Shown here: piece by piece, positions 58,210-64,000 of the stretch | How positions within the stretch are numbered: the first letter of the stretch is position 1 | Layout of the letters: each line of letters opens with the position of its first letter | Assembly: GCF_044647545.1 (NCBI RefSeq) | Contig: NZ_CP172818.1 | Strand: one strand, 5' to 3' | Source of the DNA: Escherichia coli | GTDB taxonomy: Bacteria; Pseudomonadota; Gammaproteobacteria; Enterobacterales; Enterobacteriaceae | DNA: 64,000 nucleotides | Position numbers and translations under genes: made by a program | The notes under the pieces: generated by a model | What the model was told of the DNA's origin: nothing | Seen by the model: only the letters and a program-made list of their open reading frames with translations | Database searches by the model: none

Positions 58210-61200
58210 TTGAGCCAGGAATACACTGAAGACAAAGAAGTCACATTGACAAAGTTAAGTAGCGGCCGCCGCCTTCTGGAGGCGTTGCTGATCCTTATTG
58301 TCCTGTTTGCCGTCTGGTTGATGGCTGCCTTACTAAGCTTTAACCCTTCGGACCCCAGCTGGTCGCAAACGGCCTGGCATGAACCTATCCATAATTTAGG
58401 TGGGATGCCCGGTGCATGGCTGGCAGATACGCTGTTCTTTATTTTTGGCGTGATGGCTTACACCATTCCCGTCATTATTGTCGGCGGTTGTTGGTTTGCC
58501 TGGCGTCATCAGTCCAGCGACGAATACATTGATTATTTTGCCGTTTCGCTACGCATCATTGGCGTTTTGGCGCTCATCCTTACCTCCTGTGGTCTGGCGG
58601 CAATCAACGCTGACGATATCTGGTATTTTGCCTCCGGTGGCGTCATTGGCAGCTTACTGAGCACTACGCTACAACCACTGCTACACAGTAGCGGGGGAAC
58701 TATTGCACTGCTCTGCGTTTGGGCAGCGGGCCTGACGCTGTTCACCGGTTGGTCATGGGTGACCATTGCTGAAAAACTCGGCGGCTGGATTTTAAATATT
58801 CTTACCTTCGCCAGTAATCGTACCCGTCGCGATGATACCTGGGTCGATGAAGATGAGTATGAAGACGACGAAGAATATGAAGAAGATGAAAGTCACGGCA
58901 AACAGCATGAATCACGCCGTGCCCGTATTCTTCGCGGCGCGCTAGCGCGTCGTAAACGGTTGGCGGAAAAATTCATTAATCCGATGGGGCGGCAAACAGA
59001 CGCTGCGTTGTTCTCCGGTAAGCGGATGGATGATGACGAAGAGATTACCTACACTGCACGCGGTGTGGCTGCCGACCCTGACGACGTCCTCTTTTCGGGC
59101 AATCGTGCAACGCAGCCAGAATATGACGAGTACGATCCATTATTAAACGGTGCGCCAATTACCGAACCTGTTGCTGTAGCAGCTGCTGCTACCACGGCGA
59201 CACAAAGCTGGGCTGCACCGGTTGAACCTGTGACTCAGACGCCGCCAGTTGCCTCTGTTGATGTTCCACCTACGCAACCTACAGTAGCCTGGCAGCCTGT
59301 ACCGGGGCCGCAAACAGGAGAACCGGTTATTGCACCTGCACCGGAAGGTTACCCACAGCAGTCACAATATGCGCAGCCTGCAGTGCAATATAATGAGCCG
59401 CTGCAACAACCTGTACAGCCACAGCAGCCGTATTATGCGCCTGCAGCGGAACAGCCTGTGCAACAACCTTACTACGCTCCTGCGCCGGAACAGTCTGCGC
59501 AACAGCCGTATTACGCCCCTGCGCCAGAACAATCGGTGGCAGGTAACGCCTGGCAAGCCGAAGAGCAGCAATCCACTTTTGCTCCACAGTCTACATACCA
59601 GACTGAGCAAACTTATCAGCAGCCAGCCGCTCAGGAGCCGTTGTACCAACAGCCGCAACCCGTTGAACAGCAGCCTGTTGTGGAGCCTGAACCCGTTGTA
59701 GAAGAGACAAAACCCGCGCGTCCGCCGCTTTACTATTTTGAAGAAGTGGAAGAGAAGCGTGCCCGTGAACGTGAACAACTTGCGGCCTGGTATCAACCGA
59801 TTCCTGAACCGGTTAAAGAACCAGAACCGATCAAATCTTCGCTGAAAGCACCTTCTGTTGCAGCAGTACCTCCAGTGGAAGCCGCTGCCGCTGTTTCCCC
59901 TCTGGCATCTGGCGTGAAAAAAGCGACACTGGCGACGGGGGCTGCCGCAACCGTTGCCGCGCCAGTCTTCAGTCTGGCAAATAGCGCTGGACCGCGTCCG
60001 CAGGTCAAAGAGGGGATTGGCCCGCAGTTGCCACGACCGAAACGCATCCGCGTGCCAACTCGTCGTGAACTGGCGTCTTACGGTATTAAGCTGCCCTCAC
60101 AGCGTGCGGCAGAAGAAAAAGCCCGTGAAGCTCAGCGCAATCAGTACGATTCCGGCGATCAGTATAACGATGATGAAATCGATGCGATGCAGCAGGATGA
60201 ACTGGCACGTCAGTTCGCCCAGACACAGCAGCAACGCTATGGCGAACAGTATCAACATGATGTGCCCGTGAACGCAGAAGATGCAGATGCTGCGGCAGAG
60301 GCTGAACTGGCTCGTCAGTTTGCTCAAACTCAACAACAACGTTATTCCGGCGAACAACCTGCTGGGGCGAATCCGTTCACTCTGGATGATTTTGAATTTT
60401 CGCCAATGAAAGCGTTGCTGGATGATGGTCCACACGAACCGCTGTTTACGCCAATTGTTGAACCTGTACAGCAGCCGCAACAACCGAAAGTTGCACCGCA
60501 GCAGCAATATCAGCAGCCGCAACAGCCGGTTGCACCACAGCCGCAATATCAGCAGCCGCAACAGCCGGTTGCGCCGCAGCCGCAGTATCAGCAGCCACAA
60601 CAACCGGTTGCGCCGCAGCCGCAATATCAGCAGCCACAACAGCCAGTTGCGCCGCAGCCGCAGTATCAGCAGCCACAACAGCCAGTTGCGCCACAGCCGC
60701 AGGATACCCTGCTTCATCCGCTGTTGATGCGTAATGGCGACAGCCGTCCGTTGCATAAACCGACGACGCCGCTGCCTTCTCTGGATTTGTTGACGCCGCC
60801 GCCGAGCGAAGTGGAGCCGGTAGATACCTTTGCTCTTGAACAAATGGCGCGTCTGGTGGAAGCGCGTCTGGCTGATTTCCGTATTAAAGCCGATGTCGTC
60901 AATTATTCTCCGGGGCCGGTTATCACTCGCTTTGAATTGAACCTGGCACCGGGCGTAAAAGCGGCGCGTATTTCTAACTTGTCACGTGACCTTGCCCGTT
61001 CACTTTCGACGGTGGCGGTGCGTGTCGTTGAAGTTATTCCTGGCAAACCCTATGTAGGTCTGGAGTTACCGAATAAAAAACGACAAACCGTTTATCTGCG
61101 TGAAGTTTTGGATAACGCCAAATTCCGCGATAATCCGTCGCCATTAACCGTGGTGCTGGGTAAAGATATCGCCGGTGAGCCGGTGGTTGCCGATCTGGCG

Positions 61201-62244
61201 AAAATGCCGCACTTGTTGGTTGCGGGGACTACCGGTTCCGGTAAGTCTGTCGGTGTGAACGCGATGATCCTGAGCATGCTTTATAAAGCACAGCCAGAAG
61301 ATGTTCGTTTCATCATGATCGACCCGAAAATGCTGGAGCTTTCGGTTTATGAAGGCATTCCACACCTGTTAACGGAAGTCGTTACTGATATGAAAGATGC
61401 CGCCAACGCGCTGCGCTGGTGTGTTAACGAGATGGAGCGTCGTTATAAACTGATGTCTGCGCTGGGTGTGCGTAATCTGGCGGGTTATAACGAAAAAATT
61501 GCTGAAGCCGATAGGATGATGCGTCCGATTCCAGACCCGTACTGGAAGCCGGGTGACAGTATGGATGCCCAGCATCCGGTGCTGAAAAAAGAACCGTACA
61601 TTGTGGTGTTGGTGGACGAATTTGCCGACCTGATGATGACGGTAGGTAAAAAAGTGGAAGAGCTGATAGCACGTCTGGCGCAAAAAGCCCGTGCCGCGGG
61701 TATCCACCTCGTACTGGCAACGCAGCGTCCATCGGTTGATGTTATTACTGGTCTGATTAAAGCGAATATTCCGACCCGTATCGCCTTTACCGTATCCAGT
61801 AAGATTGACTCACGTACCATTCTTGATCAGGCTGGCGCGGAATCACTGCTGGGTATGGGGGATATGCTTTACTCTGGGCCGAACTCCACGTTGCCGGTAC
61901 GTGTTCATGGTGCTTTTGTTCGCGATCAGGAAGTTCATGCCGTGGTGCAGGACTGGAAAGCGCGTGGCCGCCCACAGTATGTTGATGGCATCACCTCCGA
62001 CAGTGAAAGCGAAGGTGGCGCGGGCGGTTTCGATGGCGCTGAAGAACTGGATCCGTTGTTCGATCAGGCGGTACAGTTTGTCACTGAAAAACGCAAAGCA
62101 TCAATTTCTGGCGTACAGCGTCAGTTCCGCATTGGTTATAACCGTGCAGCGCGTATTATCGAACAGATGGAAGCGCAGGGGATTGTCAGCGAACAGGGGC
62201 ACAACGGTAATCGTGAAGTGCTGGCCCCACCGCCGTTTGACTAA
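58210..62244 (+). CDS. ftsK: DNA translocase FtsK (N-terminal membrane domain, Pro/Gln-rich linker, C-terminal AAA+ motor and gamma domain)
   Basis: 1344 aa from TTG 58210 ([23 protein letters not shown]...); Walker A GTTGSGKS; linker with tandem repeats. Confidence 0.94.
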   Translation: MSQEYTEDKEVTLTKLSSGRRLLEALLILIVLFAVWLMAALLSFNPSDPSWSQTAWHEPIHNLGGMPGAWLADTLFFIFGVMAYTIPVIIVGGCWFAWRHQSSDEYIDYFAVSLRIIGVLALILTSCGLAAINADDIWYFASGGVIGSLLSTTLQPLLHSSGGTIALLCVWAAGLTLFTGWSWVTIAEKLGGWILNILTFASNRTRRDDTWVDEDEYEDDEEYEEDESHGKQHESRRARILRGALARRKRLAEKFINPMGRQTDAALFSGKRMDDDEEITYTARGVAADPDDVLFSGNRATQPEYDEYDPLLNGAPITEPVAVAAAATTATQSWAAPVEPVTQTPPVASVDVPPTQPTVAWQPVPGPQTGEPVIAPAPEGYPQQSQYAQPAVQYNEPLQQPVQPQQPYYAPAAEQPVQQPYYAPAPEQSAQQPYYAPAPEQSVAGNAWQAEEQQSTFAPQSTYQTEQTYQQPAAQEPLYQQPQPVEQQPVVEPEPVVEETKPARPPLYYFEEVEEKRAREREQLAAWYQPIPEPVKEPEPIKSSLKAPSVAAVPPVEAAAAVSPLASGVKKATLATGAAATVAAPVFSLANSAGPRPQVKEGIGPQLPRPKRIRVPTRRELASYGIKLPSQRAAEEKAREAQRNQYDSGDQYNDDEIDAMQQDELARQFAQTQQQRYGEQYQHDVPVNAEDADAAAEAELARQFAQTQQQRYSGEQPAGANPFTLDDFEFSPMKALLDDGPHEPLFTPIVEPVQQPQQPKVAPQQQYQQPQQPVAPQPQYQQPQQPVAPQPQYQQPQQPVAPQPQYQQPQQPVAPQPQYQQPQQPVAPQPQDTLLHPLLMRNGDSRPLHKPTTPLPSLDLLTPPPSEVEPVDTFALEQMARLVEARLADFRIKADVVNYSPGPVITRFELNLAPGVKAARISNLSRDLARSLSTVAVRVVEVIPGKPYVGLELPNKKRQTVYLREVLDNAKFRDNPSPLTVVLGKDIAGEPVVADLAKMPHLLVAGTTGSGKSVGVNAMILSMLYKAQPEDVRFIMIDPKMLELSVYEGIPHLLTEVVTDMKDAANALRWCVNEMERRYKLMSALGVRNLAGYNEKIAEADRMMRPIPDPYWKPGDSMDAQHPVLKKEPYIVVLVDEFADLMMTVGKKVEELIARLAQKARAAGIHLVLATQRPSVDVITGLIKANIPTRIAFTVSSKIDSRTILDQAGAESLLGMGDMLYSGPNSTLPVRVHGAFVRDQEVHAVVQDWKARGRPQYVDGITSDSESEGGAGGFDGAEELDPLFDQAVQFVTEKRKASISGVQRQFRIGYNRAARIIEQMEAQGIVSEQGHNGNREVLAPPPFD
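60487..60700 (+). repeat. In-frame 39-bp tandem repeat (about 5.5 copies) encoding [13 protein letters not shown] within the ftsK linker
   Basis: Direct reading: cagtatcagcagccacaacagccagttgcgccgcagccg-type units repeated with synonymous variation. Confidence 0.85.
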
Positions 62245-62254
62245 TTAATGCATC

Positions 62255-62292
62255 GTATGCCGGAAAAGGCGCGGTAGCGTCGCATCCGGCAC
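62255..62292. repeat. REP-like palindromic element in ftsK-lolA spacer
   Basis: tgccggaaaaggcgcggtagcgtcgcatccggca; reverse complement contains GCCGGATGCGACGCT REP motif. Confidence 0.55.
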
Positions 62293-62402
62293 TCTATCAA
62301 CTGAAAATTCAGTATTTTCTTCTTTCCTCAAGCTGATTATTAGCCTGGAATAGAGAGTAGAGGGAGCTCCCGGTCGGGAGTGACGTAATTTGAGGAATAA
62401 TG

Positions 62403-63014
62403 ATGAAAAAAATTGCTATCACCTGTGCATTACTCTCAAGCTTAGTAGCAAGCAGCGTTTGGGCTGATGCCGCAAGCGATCTGAAAAGCCGCCTGGATAA
62501 AGTCAGCAGCTTCCACGCCAGCTTCACACAAAAAGTGACTGACGGTAGCGGCGCGGCGGTGCAGGAAGGTCAGGGCGATCTGTGGGTCAAACGTCCAAAC
62601 TTATTCAACTGGCATATGACTCAACCTGACGAAAGCATTCTGGTTTCTGACGGTAAAACACTGTGGTTCTATAACCCGTTCGTTGAGCAAGCTACGGCAA
62701 CCTGGCTGAAAGATGCCACCGGTAATACGCCGTTTATGCTGATTGCCCGCAACCAGTCCAGCGACTGGCAGCAGTACAATATCAAACAGAATGGCGATGA
62801 CTTTGTCCTGACGCCGAAAGCCAGCAATGGCAATCTGAAGCAGTTCACCATTAACGTGGGACGTGATGGCACAATCCATCAGTTTAGCGCGGTGGAGCAG
62901 GACGATCAGCGCAGCAGTTATCAGCTGAAATCCCAGCAAAATGGGGCTGTGGATGCAGCGAAATTTACCTTCACCCCGCCGCAAGGCGTCACGGTAGATG
63001 ATCAACGTAAGTAG
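62403..63014 (+). CDS. lolA: Outer-membrane lipoprotein carrier protein LolA
   Basis: 203 aa from ATG 62403 ([21 protein letters not shown]...), signal peptide. Confidence 0.94.
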
Positions 63015-63024
63015 AGGCACCTGA

Positions 63025-64000
63025 GTGAGCAATCTGTCGCTCGATTTTTCGGATAATACTTTTCAACCTCTGGCCGCGCGTATGCGGCCAGAAAATTTAG
63101 CACAGTATATCGGCCAGCAACATTTGCTGGCTGCGGGGAAGCCGTTGCCGCGCGCTATCGAAGCCGGGCATTTGCATTCTATGATCCTCTGGGGGCCACC
63201 GGGTACCGGCAAAACAACCCTCGCTGAAGTGATTGCCCGCTATGCGAACGCTGATGTGGAACGTATTTCTGCTGTCACCTCTGGCGTGAAAGAGATTCGC
63301 GAGGCGATTGAGCGCGCTCGGCAAAACCGCAATGCAGGTCGCCGCACTATTCTTTTTGTTGACGAAGTTCACCGTTTCAACAAAAGCCAGCAGGATGCGT
63401 TTCTGCCACATATTGAAGACGGCACCATCACTTTTATTGGTGCAACCACTGAAAACCCGTCATTTGAGCTTAATTCGGCACTGCTTTCCCGTGCCCGTGT
63501 CTATCTGCTGAAATCCCTCAGTACAAAGGATATTGAGCAAGTACTGACTCAGGCGATGGAAGACAAAACTCGTGGCTATGGTGGTCAGGATATAGTTCTG
63601 CCAGATGAAACACGACGCGCCATTGCTGAACTGGTGAATGGCGACGCGCGCCGGGCGTTAAATACGCTGGAAATGATGGCGGATATGGCCGAAGTCGATG
63701 ATAGCGGTAAGCGGGTCCTGAAGCCTGAATTACTGACCGAAATCGCCGGTGAACGTAGCGCCCGCTTTGATAACAAAGGCGATCGCTTTTACGATCTCAT
63801 TTCCGCACTGCATAAGTCGGTACGTGGTAGCGCACCCGATGCGGCGCTGTACTGGTATGCGCGAATTATTACTGCCGGAGGCGATCCGTTATATGTCGCG
63901 CGTCGCTGTCTGGCGATTGCGTCTGAAGATGTGGGTAATGCTGATCCACGAGCGATGCAGGTGGCAATTGCGGCCTGGGATTGCTTTACTCGCGTTGGCC
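63025..64000 (+). CDS. rarA: Replication-associated recombination protein RarA (MgsA/YcaJ), 5' part; 3' end lies outside the window
   Basis: GTG start, [25 protein letters not shown]..., Walker [10 protein letters not shown]; open frame continues to window end. Confidence 0.9.
   Translation, partial: MSNLSLDFSDNTFQPLAARMRPENLAQYIGQQHLLAAGKPLPRAIEAGHLHSMILWGPPGTGKTTLAEVIARYANADVERISAVTSGVKEIREAIERARQNRNAGRRTILFVDEVHRFNKSQQDAFLPHIEDGTITFIGATTENPSFELNSALLSRARVYLLKSLSTKDIEQVLTQAMEDKTRGYGGQDIVLPDETRRAIAELVNGDARRALNTLEMMADMAEVDDSGKRVLKPELLTEIAGERSARFDNKGDRFYDLISALHKSVRGSAPDAALYWYARIITAGGDPLYVARRCLAIASEDVGNADPRAMQVAIAAWDCFTRVG

Noticed and set aside
59327-60843. Antisense and alternative-frame ORFs within ftsK (59362..59796, 60097..60843, 60422..60727, 60446..60694)
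   Set aside because: Produced by the repetitive Pro/Gln-rich linker; translations are R/L/Q repeats; not genes.

Overview
This window reads as ordinary Escherichia coli core chromosome, syntenic with the K-12 dgcI(yliF)-to-rarA segment. The most unusual content is two intergenic blocks whose composition is incompatible with the rest of the window; I found no mobile element, prophage, cas operon or obvious defence island. Gene identifications rest on recognising the translated ORFs as known E. coli proteins from memory, with starts trimmed from the ORF track to the known N-termini; no database search was run.

Content in order: dgcI (3' part), rimO, bssR, yliI, gstB, dacC, deoR, ybjG, mdfA, ybjH, ybjI, ybjJ, rcdA, the sRNA rybB, ybjL, ybjM, grxA, ybjC-nfsA-rimK-ybjN, potFGHI, ybjO, rlmC, artJ, artPIQM, ybjP, ybjQ-amiD, ybjS, ybjT-ltaE-poxB, hcp-hcr, lysO(ybjE), aqpZ, ybjD, ybjX, macAB, cspD, clpS-clpA, a vestigial type I-F CRISPR (two repeats, one spacer), tRNA-Ser serW, infA, aat, cydDC, trxB, lrp, ftsK, lolA and the start of rarA.

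The two anomalies are (i) a ~930 bp homopolymer-rich, low-complexity spacer between dgcI and rimO (775-1704) and (ii) a ~265 bp stretch with no G at all between ybjP and ybjQ (29306-29570). Neither carries a credible ORF, so I read them as inserted, synthetic or artefactual sequence rather than a coding system, and they need checking against reads or a reference. The only candidate for an under-characterised system in otherwise core DNA is ybjD, an OLD-family ATPase/TOPRIM nuclease homologue. FtsK is 1344 aa, versus the 1329 aa I recall for K-12, consistent with linker-repeat length variation.
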